A stretch of DNA of 64,000 nucleotides from Nitrospirota bacterium (lineage in GTDB: Bacteria > Nitrospirota > UBA9217): NCBI GenBank assembly GCA_963740085.1, contig CAVUCU010000004.1:320001-384000 (forward strand). Direction: 5' to 3'. Position numbers and translations under genes: made by a program. This document shows positions 36,486 through 48,257 of this stretch, piece after piece; within the stretch, counting starts at the first letter, position 1, and every line of letters begins with the position of its first letter. The notes under the pieces are model-generated. The model ran no database searches. It saw nothing but the letters and a program-made list of their open reading frames with translations, and was not told the origin of the DNA.

Positions 36486-38748
36486 ATGAGCGAACCGCAG
36501 GAGAAAAAAGATCCTCAGCCGCCATCCCCGCAGCGCGCCGAGCATGAAGTGCCGCTCGATATGCGGCTCTTGTCCGAAGCCATTATTGAGCTGAATATTT
36601 CCCGAAAGAATGTGGGCATCTACCCTCCAGGCCATATCCAGATCGCCAAAAGCATTGAACGCGCCTACCAGCTCCTCGAAAAAATGTTCGAGATACGGAA
36701 AGAAATGACCCTCGGAGTGGCCAAGGACACCCTGCTGATCGGCAAGGATTACCTTGATCAGAAGAACCCCGTATATCGGGATTTTGCTCTTTCAATGAGC
36801 CAGCAGGGGATCGCATCAGTTACCTTTATCGGCGGCCTGGAAAAGGATGAACTCGTGCGGTTTCACAGGATCCTCGTCACCAAGGCGGAAGATATCAGGG
36901 CTTCGGGTGGAATCGACAAGGTCATGTCCGGGGCGGTTATCCCCCATATCAGGATCCAGTCCATCGATTACAGCAGTTTCCACGTCACCGAGGAACAGGA
37001 GATTTTCAAGACTACCGCCAAGACCGGGGAAGACGAAGGGTCAGGCAGCCATGTGTGGCAGGATTTTGTGACGCACCTCTCAGCAGGCACCCTCGCTGCT
37101 CCGGGGCAGGGGGTGTCGCTGACGGACGCGGAGCATATAGACCCGGCCGAACTTGCACGGCTTCTCAATGAACGCAAGCTGGATACGAACGCCGCAGTAG
37201 AAAGCTATGACAAAATCATCTCAAGCTATGTGCGCGGAACAGCTGAAAAAAAACAAATATCCCAGGAGCAATCGAAGACACTTGCGAACATGAACGCTCT
37301 TTTGAAGCATCTTCACCCGGAGCTGAGAAAACAGTTCCTGTCCGTCGCGTTTAAGAACATTGCGACACGGGCAGGATCTCCGGTTGAGACCGAAGCGGTG
37401 ATCGGGGGATTCACTGACGATATGGTGATAGAGATGCTGGGAGCGGCAAGCGCCGAGGGGCGGGAAATATCTCCGACGCTCGCAGGTCTCGTGGACAAGC
37501 TTGCTCAGGCTCAGACCGAAGGACGGGAGGGACAGCCGGGAAACAGAAAGCAGCCGGCGAAGGGGTTCATTGCCCCCGCTTTTCAGATGGAACATATGCA
37601 GAAGCTGTTTGACCGTGAAAAGTACGAAGAGTATGTGTCTGACGATTATCAATTGATGCTTAAGACGTTGTCCGAGAGCTCTCCGGCAGTGGTTGAACCC
37701 TTCCCGCTGGCAGACCAGCTGCAATCGCTGGAGGACGAGCACCTCGATTTTCAGATCGGCCGGGCGCTTCTCGCTTTTTTGGAAGAGGATATCGATGAAG
37801 AGGACTATAAGGAGTTCGCTCAAAAAATCGTGGCCATTATGCCCCAATTCCTTGAGACCGGCAATTTCGAGATGCTCTGGGATATTTTAGAGACGCTTCG
37901 CAGGCATTCAACGGACAAACCGGTACAAGGCATACGGGAGATAGCATCGGAATCGAGGAAGTTCTTTTTCGATCCGGAATTTATTGCAAAGGCATTGAAC
38001 GCCTTCGACCGATGGATGCGGGAAAAAGGACAAGCGGCCTCCGGCCTGATACAGGCCCTCGGGCCGGATACGATCCCGGGCCTCATGGACATCTACTGCA
38101 ATGACGAAACAGTGGGCGGAAGGAGGATCCTTTTTAACCTGCTGTCCCTTTTCGGGGACCCGGCCGTGCACGAGGCGCAGAAGAGACTGCGTGACCCGCG
38201 GGCGCGACACTGTCCGGAATCTGCTTATTTTAATAGGTCGTGCGGGCAGCGCTGACTCGATCCCCCAGGTAAAATTGTTGCTACGGCACCGGGATCCGAT
38301 GGTGAGGCTCGAAGCGCTCAGCACGCTTCTGAAATTTAAAGACCCGGGAGCGGTAAATCTGCTTCGAAGTGCGATCAATGATAAGGATCCGGACTTTGCC
38401 TATCAAGCCGTCGTCCTGGCGGGACAATTTCGAATTGGGGACGTTACGGAGGATGTCCTGTCGAAGATCAAACGAGTCATACTCTTTGAGACGGATTATG
38501 CCGAGAATGAGGAGATCATCAGGGTACTCGGGAACATTGGAGACGCACGAGCGGTGCCTGAACTTGAAAAACTCGCAAGCGCGACATGGTCCCTCTATCC
38601 CGCCAGCCTCATGCATATGAAGGAAACGATCTATTCGTCGCTTGCGCGATATCCGGGGGAGAAGATCCGCGGTCTCCTCAGGATCGGCGAGAAGCTCAAC
38701 AGCGACACGATCCGCCGGACGTGCAGCCGGCTCGCGGAGAAGCAGTAG
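36486..38748 (+). CDS. HEAT-repeat protein, split by a 1-bp frameshift near 38204
   Basis: ..KRLRDPR joins DTVRNLLILIGR..HRDPMVRLEAL.. in the next frame; HEAT/PBS-like repeats. Confidence 0.78.
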
Positions 38749-38798
38749 CGACCCGGGGCAGTATGTACGACTCCGGCCTATTTCAGACAGGATGGGAC

Positions 38799-39968
38799 AT
38801 GGCCGACTATGACATTCATGAGGGGCTCTCTCGGGTGATCGCGCAGCTCACTGCCGCTGTCGTGAATACGAGCCTCTACTCGCAGAACCATCCCCAGGTA
38901 GCGCAGTATGTCGAAAAAGCGCATTTCGTTCTGGCGGAGATTCTCCAGAAAAAACCGGAAATAACGCTGCTCCTCATCGGCAACGACCTCATCGCCGATA
39001 ACCGGCAACTGGTGGCAACCGGGTCCGCATCGTATGTGACGAACTTCATCCGTATCCTCAAGAAACGGGCGATCGAGCGCATTACCTTTTCTGAGGGGCT
39101 TCCGAAAGAGGAGCTCCAGAGACTTATTCAGGGCCTTGCCTCTTCGGATACGCTCTCGATACGTTCCACCTCGTTCATCAAGCTCGGCAAGGTGGAACTC
39201 AGGATCAACAAACCTGGCGAACAGCAGTCATTGGCCGACGCAGTTGCCTTGTCGAATGCCGTCGATGTGCCCCAGGAGGTATTCCAGGAGTTGCTTGCAC
39301 TTACCGGGGAGGAGCTCGATCGCCTCAAGGATCTTTACCTTCGCGCCAAACTGCACAAGAAGATCGATGTCCGCAGTGTGGACGACATGGTCAAGGGTTT
39401 TATCCGGGGATTCCGACAGGAGATCAACCCCCTGAGCCTCCTCGCATCACTCAAGTCCGTGAACGAATATACGTTCACCCATGTCACGAATGTTTGTATC
39501 CTTACCATGAGCCTTGCTGAGAATCTTGGTTTTACGGGTGAACACCTGCATCAGATCGGCGTCGCATCGCTCTTGCACGACATCGGAAAGATATTCATCC
39601 CTGATGAGATCCTGAGCAAGCCGGGGATGCTCACACCGGAAGAACGGAGGACTATCGAGACCCATACAGTCAAAGGCGCGCGCTATCTCATGGGAATCGA
39701 GGGGATCCCGAAGTTGTCTGTCCTCGCGGCATTGGAGCACCATCAGAAGTTCGACGGGAACGGATATCCGTCGATCAAGGGCGGATGGACGCCGAATATT
39801 ACAAGCCAGCTGATCAGCGTTGCGGACGTCTTCGATGCCATGAGGAGCCGGCGCTCCTATCAGGAGCCAAAACCCCTGGAATTGATCGAATCCGTGCTGA
39901 CGAAAGGAAAGAGCACATCGTTTAATCCGATGGTCGTTGATCGTTTCCTTAACATGATAAAACGATGA
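38799..39968 (+). CDS. HD-GYP phosphodiesterase
   Basis: YTFTH, LHDIGK, EHHQKFDGNGYP, ADVFDAM; start 38799 inferred. Confidence 0.9.
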   Translation: MADYDIHEGLSRVIAQLTAAVVNTSLYSQNHPQVAQYVEKAHFVLAEILQKKPEITLLLIGNDLIADNRQLVATGSASYVTNFIRILKKRAIERITFSEGLPKEELQRLIQGLASSDTLSIRSTSFIKLGKVELRINKPGEQQSLADAVALSNAVDVPQEVFQELLALTGEELDRLKDLYLRAKLHKKIDVRSVDDMVKGFIRGFRQEINPLSLLASLKSVNEYTFTHVTNVCILTMSLAENLGFTGEHLHQIGVASLLHDIGKIFIPDEILSKPGMLTPEERRTIETHTVKGARYLMGIEGIPKLSVLAALEHHQKFDGNGYPSIKGGWTPNITSQLISVADVFDAMRSRRSYQEPKPLELIESVLTKGKSTSFNPMVVDRFLNMIKR

Positions 39969-39978
39969 GAGGTGCGAT

Positions 39979-40049
39979 AGTTCGGAGTTCGGGGTTTGGA
40001 GTTCGGAGTTAAATAATTAAGACCACCCTGAACCCTGAACCCTGAACCC
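39979..40049. repeat. Two heptamer arrays (GGAGTTC-like and ACCCTGA)
   Basis: agttcgg agttcgg ggtttgg agttcgg agtt, then (accctga)x3, between convergent genes. Confidence 0.75.
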
Positions 40050-40058
40050 CGTCTTTTT

Positions 40059-41454
40059 TTACCAGGAATATACAAGTTCTGCATCTACCTGGTCATTGTG
40101 TGCATACCTTCCGAAAATAGACTGCGGCGGTCCGTTCAGATCGATCGCAAAGATCCCTGCCTTCCATGAATCCGTGAACACATACCAGGCATTCGCTTTA
40201 ACCATGGTGGCCCCGTGCTCCGGGTTGTAAGCGATGCTCAGGTTCGTTTCCACCTTCTGGTTCATCCATCCGATCTTAAGATTAGCCCACAGGAGAGTTT
40301 CAGCTCTCCGCTCATAGAGCGTATCAGGCCGATGGATGATGATCGTCTGCTGGGCCTGCATGGTCAGGAGGCCGTCCTCAAAGGGCCGGTAGTCAACGCC
40401 GATCCCATAATCGAGTTCGTCGCTCTTGTGCTCGATAGGATTCAGGGGGGTTGCTCCCGGAGAGGGAATTGGCGGATATCCCCATAGTTCGCGCCTGATA
40501 TTGTAATAGCGGTTCATGATGTATGCGGCCTCTGCCCTGATGCTCCAGTCTCCCGTTACCGCTGCCGTGTCAAATCCTATTGAGGTGATCTTGTGAAAAT
40601 CAGGTGTATACCCGGGATCGATCAGTACCTCTCCCGGCCGGGGATCGATCACGAGCGCGGTGGTCCTGAATACCGGCTTCGGATCGTAGCCATGGAAAAA
40701 GTTGAGGGTCCACTCGACATTTCCCGAGCGCCGCATCGCGAAGGCCGATGCTGCTGTTCCCGATGGTTCGCGGCGGCAGATCCGGTTCAGCCGGGACGAT
40801 CTCGGCATTCGGGATCTGTGAAAGCGCGGCTGCGCTCGATATGCCCGACCATCGCTCATTCGGCAGGGGCAGGCGATAGGGAACGAAGACCGGGACCCAG
40901 ACCGTATCAAGGGTCCAGTCTCCTTTATTCATTGACGCCGAGACCGACGGCACGCCGATCTTCCGGTCTTCGAGCGGTTTTCTGAGGAACTGCGTATAGT
41001 CCCAGGGATTGAGAAGGTCGTTCGACGGGTACTCGTCGAGCCTGCCCCAGGCAAAGCGCTGGATGCCGGCTCGTACGTCAATGTCTCCCGCCGTGCGCGA
41101 GACATACAACTCCTTGAAATCGAGATAGGGCGTGTTGCTCTGGTATACTTCATCGTAGTTCTTGAAAAGTTGCCTGTCCCGTGCCGGACGAGCCACGGTC
41201 CCGTCCCATCCTCCTTCGAGCCAGGAGTGGAATCGCCACGCGGACCGAGAGGTGTCGACCTTGATCCGTCCCGTCAAACTCGGTTCTTCCTTTACGCTGT
41301 CGCTGTTCTGCGCCGCAACTCCCCGCAGGTCCAGACGGCCGGAGGTGGAGTAATATTCCTCGGCGAGAGAAGGGGAGGCGATAGAAAGAAGAAAATAGAG
41401 GATTAAAGCTGATTTATGCCAGGAAGCAAATAGCTGATTTGATTTAATCTTCAT
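40059..41454 (-). CDS. DUF1302-like outer-membrane beta-barrel, split by a 1-bp frameshift near 40737
   Basis: Signal peptide, GIQRFAWGRLD..DLLNP, C-terminal VYSW; IGLR-g-MRRSGN junction. Confidence 0.72.
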
Positions 41455-41582
41455 AATTTACTGATGATCTATTTTCCCATTGGTGGTTTCAACTGCACAT
41501 CCGCAATTTCCGTAACCGATTGAACAACGGATTAAAGCGACCTGAATCCGTCTCAACCCGTATTTGCCGGGCACCTGTATTC

Positions 41583-41995
41583 TCACAACCGCTTTTCACG
41601 TACCCACGCTATTATCCACCCTGCTACGTCCTCCCAGCCTTCTTCCAACATCATCCCATGCCCCCTGTTCGGGAAGATTATGGCCTGAGAGTTAAAGGCG
41701 CGCGCCGTGGCTTCGACCTGACCCGGTCATAAATACCTATCATTGGCTGCACCCATGACCAACATCGGTGTCGAGATGAGCTCCGGTTTCGGCAGATTCA
41801 AGAACAGCATATCAGGAAAGCCCCGAAACGATTCGTCCGACATGCGCGCCTGGTAGTCACGTACCTTCTCTTCTGACATACCGACCGAGAAGAACAGGTC
41901 GCGAGCCAGGCAGGCGTGCTGACAAGCGGATAGAGACTCAAGGTGATATTTGCCTTTCGAAATAGCAATGAATGCCGCCATAAAGTGCGTAACGC
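41583..41995 (-). pseudogene. Alpha/beta-hydrolase C-terminal remnant
   Basis: DESFR..TPMLVMGAAND / frameshift / QVEATARAF..FPNRGHGMMLEEGW; no N-terminus. Confidence 0.65.
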
Positions 41996-42051
41996 TATTT
42001 GCAATAAACCCTGGGGTGGTACAGAGGCGACAGCAAGACGGCAGTTGGCCC

Positions 42052-42220
42052 TGCAATCAGTGCCATATGGGGAAGCCCCATTACGAGATCAAGGGCTGCC
42101 TCACCTGTCATAAGAACCCCCATACGCCTTTGAATATATCTTTCACGGGTAAGATTACGGATGCATGTCTCACCTGCCATACGAAGGAGAACGATCAACT
42201 CAAGCAATACAAGAGCAAGC
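42052..42220 (+). pseudogene. Multiheme c-type cytochrome fragment
   Basis: Three CxxCH motifs (CNQCH, CLTCH, CLTCH); no signal peptide or credible start. Confidence 0.65.
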
Positions 42221-42285
42221 AAAACGCCGCTCAGGGGACGTGCGGCCGGGGAGTGAAAACATTTTGATCCTGCCTTGACCAGAAA

Positions 42286-43230
42286 TTACTTGCCTGCCCG
42301 TTCCAACGACCTCTGCGAGAAGAGAGCGTCTGGAAAATGCGTATGATATTGAATGCTCTCGATCGTGAGCTCGGTCCGGTGGCCCGTCTTCTTGTTCTCC
42401 ATATTCATCTTGAACGGTGTCGGGATCCCGTCAACGGTCCGGATATCCGTGAAAATTCCCGTGCGATAAATATCATTGTCCTGATAGTAATCTATCTTCA
42501 GATGGACCCAGAGGTCCTTCGCGACCCAGGCAATGTACTTTGTGTATTTCCGGTGGATCTTTGGCGTTACTTCGACAACGTAGCAAGGTTTGTTGTCGAT
42601 GGTTTCTTCTTTCAGAAGGCTGAATTTGTAGTCATCCAGGTTCGGCGGCCCGCCGAAGTCGTCGTATGAAAAATCAGACCCGAAGAAAGAATCATCCTGA
42701 GAGCTCGTGGCAATGCGCCGCACGCGTTTGTACTCCGGGAAGTAGGCCCAGAGGTCCCGGTCGGAGAATGTGTGCGCGTGGATCAGGAAACCCACGTTTT
42801 TCAGGTCAGGCGGAGACTTGAATACGATGAGGACCTTATATGCCTCGGGGTCAGACTTCTTGCTATACTCCGTGAGCGTTCGCGTGCGCTTGCCGCCGCC
42901 CCTGTCGAAGAGGACCATGGTCACTTCGGTCTTCCTGTCAAGCGACCGGGAGCGTTGCTCATGGACCTTTTCATACACTTCACGGCCGCTCATGGCGCTT
43001 GCGGTTGTAGTTTGCATCGTTCCATAGAGGATAATTGTTGCTAACAGAAACCGCAGTATCCAACCGGCATAGTTCGGAGTTGGGAGTTTGGAGTTCGGAG
43101 TTAAGAACGAAAAGGACATGTTCAATCTGTACTTTGTACCCTGTAGTCTGTATTGTTGATCCGTCTGACTTTCCGGTAGCCTAGTCATATTCTTCTCCCA
43201 ACTCCGAACTCCTGACTCCGAACTTATCAT
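42286..43230 (-). CDS. Outer-membrane lipoprotein-sorting (LolA-like) protein; true start probably near 43119
   Basis: FKSPPDLKNVGFL, W.Y.P..KRVRRI, FFGSDFSYDD; the annotated N-terminus is translated repeat DNA. Confidence 0.82.
   Translation of the reverse strand: MISSESGVRSWEKNMTRLPESQTDQQYRLQGTKYRLNMSFSFLTPNSKLPTPNYAGWILRFLLATIILYGTMQTTTASAMSGREVYEKVHEQRSRSLDRKTEVTMVLFDRGGGKRTRTLTEYSKKSDPEAYKVLIVFKSPPDLKNVGFLIHAHTFSDRDLWAYFPEYKRVRRIATSSQDDSFFGSDFSYDDFGGPPNLDDYKFSLLKEETIDNKPCYVVEVTPKIHRKYTKYIAWVAKDLWVHLKIDYYQDNDIYRTGIFTDIRTVDGIPTPFKMNMENKKTGHRTELTIESIQYHTHFPDALFSQRSLERAGK
43071..43224. repeat. Inverted pair of heptamer arrays
   Basis: (agttcgg)-like x4 at 43071-43102 and its complement (actccga)-like at ~43195-43224. 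Confidence 0.72.
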
Positions 43231-45819
43231 TCATACGAAAGCGCCTCCACGATATTGGTCTTTGCGGCGCGCCGGGCAGGATAAACTCCCGCCAAAGCGG
43301 CGAGCAGCGTTGCAAGTGCCAGTGCCCAGACAAGGGACGTAAAGTCGACGTGATACTGCATGCTCGCTCCGTAATCGCCTTTGAGAAAACCTTCAAGGCT
43401 CATCCAGCCGACGATGATGCCCGCCCCGGCGCCGAGCGTGCCGCCGATAATACCGAGGAGCATGGATTCGATGATGACCACCCGGGACACCTGGCCCCTG
43501 AGCATGCCGATGGAGCGCAGGATGCCGATCTCGCGCGTACGTTCGAGCACCGATGCGAGCAGGGTGACGATGATGCCGAAGCAGGCTATGGTCATCGTGA
43601 TGATGTTGATCGCACGGTTGACAGCGAAGCCCTGGTCAATGACCTTCCGGATCTCGTCCTTGAATTCCCTTGCCGGCAGGACGAAGAGCCGGCGGTCGTT
43701 TCCGAACCTTCGTGCGATCTCATTCCGGACGGTTTCAACTTCGCTCTTCCGCGTCACCCGGACCGAAAATGAGTCTGCCAGGAACTCCTTCCAGTACCGG
43801 TGGTAGGTGTTCATGTCCATGAGTATGGAGCCCGAATCCGAGCTGTAGTCCACGTTGACGACAGCGACCTTGAATTCGACAGGTCCTTCAGGCGTCGGAA
43901 GCACCATCACATCGCCGGGTTTGACGTGTTCCTGCGAGGCGATCGCTTCGTTCACGGCGATATAGTTCTGGTTCGGCAGCAGCCGCGCCAGGTCTTCGCG
44001 CTTCCCCTGGGCTATCTTAAAGGGGCTGTATGCGGTCCTTCGTTTGACGTCCAACGTGAGGAGCAGGACGCGTCTGCCGTGATAGTTGATATAAAGTTTG
44101 CGGAAGGGGTCAGCGGAGAGCACGCCGGGCACCCGCTCGATAGCTTTACCCATTTCGACGGGCATGGGGATGTTCTGAGATCCCGTGGTCGCGATGGGAT
44201 GTCCCGACGTTACGATGATGTCTCCCCGCACGTAGGAATCGATCCAGTCAAGTACGGACTGTTTGGTGCTGTAGATGAGACCCGCCGAGCTCACAAATAC
44301 AGAGATCCCGTAGAAGATGGCTGCAGCGGCCACGGCGTTCCGGGTGATGTTCTTCTGGAGGTTCAGTCCGGCGAGACGGCCTGCCGCTCCCGCACGCGGC
44401 GAGATGGTCTTGCGATAGATGGCAAGAAATCCCTGAAGGACCGAAGGTGTCGCGAGCGAAATACCGAGCAAAAAAAATATTGTTGCCAGGAACATGGTCG
44501 CGCTATTGTGGAAGAGCGCCGAAGCTGCAAAGACCTTGAACAGGAGCAGGAGAACAACAGCGAAAAGGACCAGGGAAATCGCCGCGATCTTCAGCCGCTT
44601 GCCGGAGAGAAAACCTTCTTCGGAATAGGGCGCCGAGCGAATTGCCGACACCGGCGTGATGCGCGTGCTCGCGAGGGCGGGAAACAGCGCCGCCGCAAGG
44701 CTCGCGGCAATGCCGGTGACGAAGCCAAGAGCGAGGTTCGGCAGGGAGATGGCGATCTCCGAGATAGAGGTCCTCTGATAGAGTTCGGAAACGGTCTGGC
44801 CAACGGCGCTGATCGCGGATTTGGCAAAGAGGATGCCGACAACGATTCCCAGCCCGGAGCCGACGATTGCCATGACAAAGGTCTCTCCCAGAAAGAGTGC
44901 AATGATCTCTCTCCGCGTGGAGCCGAGGGCGCGCAGGATGCCGATCTCTTTTCTGCGCTGGACCACCGAGATCGAGACCGCATTATAGATCAGGTACATG
45001 CCGACGAAGACGGCGATGAAACTGATGAGGTTGATGTTCTTCTGGAAGTGGGAGATGAGGACCTCGACCTGCCTGGTCCTGCCTTCAGGCGTTATGACAC
45101 TGTATCCGCCCGGGAGTGCCTTTATAATGCGTTCGCGGACAACATCCAGGTTCTCTCCCCGCAGGAGGCTCACATCGATCCGGTCGATCCTGCCTTCCTT
45201 GCCGAAGGCCATCTGCGCAGCCGGGTAATCCATGATCGCAATGCTTCCTGCCATGATCTTCGCCGGGCCTTCGGGATTCAGCAGTCCCCGCACCCGGAAG
45301 GTGCGGATGCCGCGCACGGTCTGGATCTGTATCTTCTGATCGAGCTTGATGCCTTCCCGTTCCGCGAGCTCGCGGGTGAGCAGTATGGAGTCGGGCCGGG
45401 CAAGGAACAGGAGCGGGTCGGGGATATCGGCGCTTTCATCGGAGAGGTTGTAATCGCGGATATTGCCGTCCTGGAGCACGTCCACGCCGAGGATCATGAG
45501 CGTTTGCTCCTTTGCCCCGACCAGGATGCCCTGCGCATCGATCACCGGCACGGCATATTCAACTCCGGGGACCTTCTGTACCCGGTCAATGAGGTCCTCG
45601 GGAAATCCCGACGCCGCTCCGGTGACCTGAAGCGCGGCGCGTCCCGTCACGACGGTTGATCGAGTCCTCAAAGGAGCGCATGACGCTCTTGTTCACGATA
45701 CCTATGGACACGATGGCGGCAACGCCGAGGCTGATGCCCGCCACGATCATCAACGTGTGGACCTTCTGGAGGCGGATACGTTTGATGCTGATGTGTTTGA
45801 GAAGGTTCAGGAGATTCAT
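43227..45819 (-). CDS. ABC transporter permease (duplicated MacB/FtsX type), 1-bp frameshift near 45651
   Basis: N-terminal GISLGVA frame joins VTGRAALQV; two RxxEIGILR.LG motifs. Confidence 0.85.
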
Positions 45820-45858
45820 TCTATACCAATCTGAATAAGTCGGAGCTGAAATTTTGGA

Positions 45859-46006
45859 ACCGCGAAGTCGCGAAGAGCGCAAAGGAAATATAAAAAAACT
45901 AATGAGAGACGAATGATTGGAAAACAAGTAAAATCAGCCGGACGATATACAGAAATTATTGTCAGCTTTATTGCAAATTACTTCGCGTCCTTCGCGTCTT
46001 CGCGGT
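45859..46006. repeat. 26-bp inverted repeats built of CGCGAAG units around an AT-rich spacer
   Basis: accgcgaagtcgcgaagagcgcaaag / cttcgcgtccttcgcgtcttcgcggt. Confidence 0.78.
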
Positions 46007-46040
46007 AAAAATTATTTATATGAGTTATATCGGAAAATCG

Positions 46041-46715
46041 CTATCTCGCGTTATCTTCGGCGATGCTGCCGTCCCTGAGCGTAATGACGCGTGTGCCGTA
46101 GGCAGCGGCCTTCTGGTCATGGGTCACCATGACGATGGTCTGGCCCTCCCGGTGGAGGCCGGCGAGCAGAAGGAGGATGTCCTCGCTGGTGCGCGAATCG
46201 AGGTTTCCCGTTGGTTCGTCGGCCAGGAGCACGGCAGGGCTTGCGATGAGCGCACGCGCAATGGCCACGCGCTGCATCTCGCCGCCCGAGAGCTGCTCGG
46301 GCCGGTGTTCTGTCCGTTCACTGAGTCCGACCTTCTGCAGAAGCGCTTCCGCTTTTGGTTTGATCTTTGAGAAAGGGATGCCCTCAAGCAGGAGGGGAAG
46401 GCTCACGTTCTCCGCCGCGGTCAGAATGGGCAGAAGGTTGAAGAACTGGAAGATGAAACCCACGTGCCGCCGCCTGATGAGCGTGAGCTCGTCATCGGAG
46501 ATGCCGTGGAGCGGGGTCCCGTCAATGAATATCTCTCCGGAACTTGGCTGGTCCAGGCCGCCGATGAGGTTCAGCAGTGTGCTCTTGCCCGATCCGGAGG
46601 GACCCATGACGGAAAGGAATTCGCCTGTCCGTATGCCGAGCGTGATATTGCTCAGTGCCTGGATATCTTTTGAGCCGTGCCGGTAGCTCCGCGTCACACC
46701 TTTCAGTTCGATCAT
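46041..46715 (-). CDS. ABC transporter ATP-binding protein (LolD-like)
   Basis: GPSGSGKST, FQFFNL, LSGGE.QR, ADEPTGNLD. Confidence 0.93.
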   Translation of the reverse strand: MIELKGVTRSYRHGSKDIQALSNITLGIRTGEFLSVMGPSGSGKSTLLNLIGGLDQPSSGEIFIDGTPLHGISDDELTLIRRRHVGFIFQFFNLLPILTAAENVSLPLLLEGIPFSKIKPKAEALLQKVGLSERTEHRPEQLSGGEMQRVAIARALIASPAVLLADEPTGNLDSRTSEDILLLLAGLHREGQTIVMVTHDQKAAAYGTRVITLRDGSIAEDNAR

Positions 46716-46889
46716 GCGTTACCTCATAGTTCCAATTTTAGCGGCTTGGTAACATGTTGTAAAGGTAATTCTGGATCGCCGAGGTCGTCCGTCCGGATAA
46801 AACTTTTTTTTACAAAACAGGCAAATTGTGTTATAAAGTGTGCGTTGACGCAGAACACGCTTAATTCATTTGAACAGAGGAGGTGCACT

Positions 46890-47465
46890 ATGAAGGTCAT
46901 TGCATTCAACGGCAGCGCGCGGAAGGATGGGAACACCGCTATTCTTATGAACCTTGTGCTCGATGAGCTCAAGGCAGAAGGCATCGAGACGGAGATCTAC
47001 TCACTTGCAGGAAAACCGATCCAGGGCTGCATTGCCTGCTTCAAGTGTTTCGAGAAAAAGAACCGGCGCTGTAATGTCGAGAAGGACGTCATGAACGAGT
47101 GCATCCGGAAGATGGATGAGGCTGACGGGATAGTGCTCGGCTCTCCCACTTATTTCGCCGATGTATCGGCCGGGATGAAGGCGCTGATAGAACGCTGCGG
47201 CATGGTGGGGCGGGCGAACCAGGACATGTACAAGCGCAAGGTGGGCGCGGCAGTTGTGGCGGTCAGACGCGCAGGAGCGATCCATGTTTTTAACTCGCTC
47301 AATTATTTTTTCACGATCAATGAGATGGTCATCCCCGGATCGAGCTACTGGAACATCGGCATTGGAAGACAGCCGGGTGAAGTCAACAATGATGCTGAGG
47401 GCGTGCAGACGATGAAGAACCTTGGCAAGAACATGGCGTGGTTGATGAAGAAGATAAAGAGCTGA
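46890..47465 (+). CDS. Iron-sulfur flavoprotein / flavodoxin family protein
   Basis: GSARKDGNT, CIACFKC..C, GSPTYF; GGAGG RBS before ATG 46890. Confidence 0.88.
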   Translation: MKVIAFNGSARKDGNTAILMNLVLDELKAEGIETEIYSLAGKPIQGCIACFKCFEKKNRRCNVEKDVMNECIRKMDEADGIVLGSPTYFADVSAGMKALIERCGMVGRANQDMYKRKVGAAVVAVRRAGAIHVFNSLNYFFTINEMVIPGSSYWNIGIGRQPGEVNNDAEGVQTMKNLGKNMAWLMKKIKS

Positions 47466-47673
47466 TATACTTAAAAAAGCGGAAAACAGGATGGCTTCTC
47501 AGCGAGGTTTAAAAAGACGATACTATTTCTGCTATACTAAAAGCGAAAACATTTCAATAAATGATCTGCATGTAAAACTAAGGTCCTAATATGCGAAATG
47601 TTTATATCTATTTAATTCATATTGAGTTAACATAGTTGACAAGGCGATACTAACAAGAGAGGAGGAACGATAT

Positions 47674-47919
47674 ATGAACATGGACAAGAATATGCGTGAT
47701 GAGATCGCGCGAGTGGCGTACGGATTGTTTGAAAAGCGCGGGTACACCCCCGGGAATGATTTCTCGGATTGGATTGAAGCGGAAAAAATCGTGAAGAAGA
47801 CATATTCTAAAGGAATGGCCAGCGACGTAAAACCCGTCAAGCCGGCTCAGCCTGTGAAGGCAACAGCATCGGCAAAATCAAAGTCGCGAGGGCTATCCCC
47901 GAGACCTTTGACGAGATAA
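47674..47919 (+). CDS. DUF2934-domain protein
   Basis: IARVAYGLFEKRG...DWIEAE. Confidence 0.8.
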   Translation: MNMDKNMRDEIARVAYGLFEKRGYTPGNDFSDWIEAEKIVKKTYSKGMASDVKPVKPAQPVKATASAKSKSRGLSPRPLTR

Positions 47920-47997
47920 TAGTATATTTTTGATTCAGCCAACGCTCGAATCGGATAGCGCGTCGTGAAGCACAAAAGTTTTGCGCTGATAAAAATC

Positions 47998-48026
47998 TTG
48001 ACATGCACAAGCAGTTGAGGTATTGT
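47998..48026 (+). promoter_or_regulatory. Sigma70 promoter of the pyr operon
   Basis: TTGACA-17 bp-TATTGT. Confidence 0.72.
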
Positions 48027-48041
48027 ATCTTCGTCAGCAGA

Positions 48042-48162
48042 AATCCTCTTTAAGTCTGGTCCCGTGAGGCCAGGAAGGGTCTGAGATGAAAAAGTTCAAC
48101 TTCATAATCATCACTCTACACACGCCAGGCTTCTCCCTATTTCAGGGGAGAAGTTTTTTTTT
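48042..48162 (+). ncRNA. PyrR-binding attenuator leader
   Basis: CTTTAA..GGTCCCGTGAGGCC..GAAGG binding loop and terminator CTTCTCCC..GGGAGAAG-T9 upstream of pyrR. Confidence 0.85.
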
Positions 48163-48257
48163 GCCTTTTTCCACGTTGCAAAGGCAAGCTGATAACGGCT
48201 CAGAAAAACCTCCGAACTCCGGGTCCTCGTACTTCGCAGCAAGGTGAGGTTTAATAA

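Noticed and set aside
39979-40049. CRISPR array (also at other repeat sites)
   Set aside because: Units are 7-9 bp tandem repeats without unique spacers; no cas genes in the window
43800-45659. 619-aa plus-strand ORF
   Set aside because: Antisense shadow of the ABC permease in GC-rich DNA; no motifs
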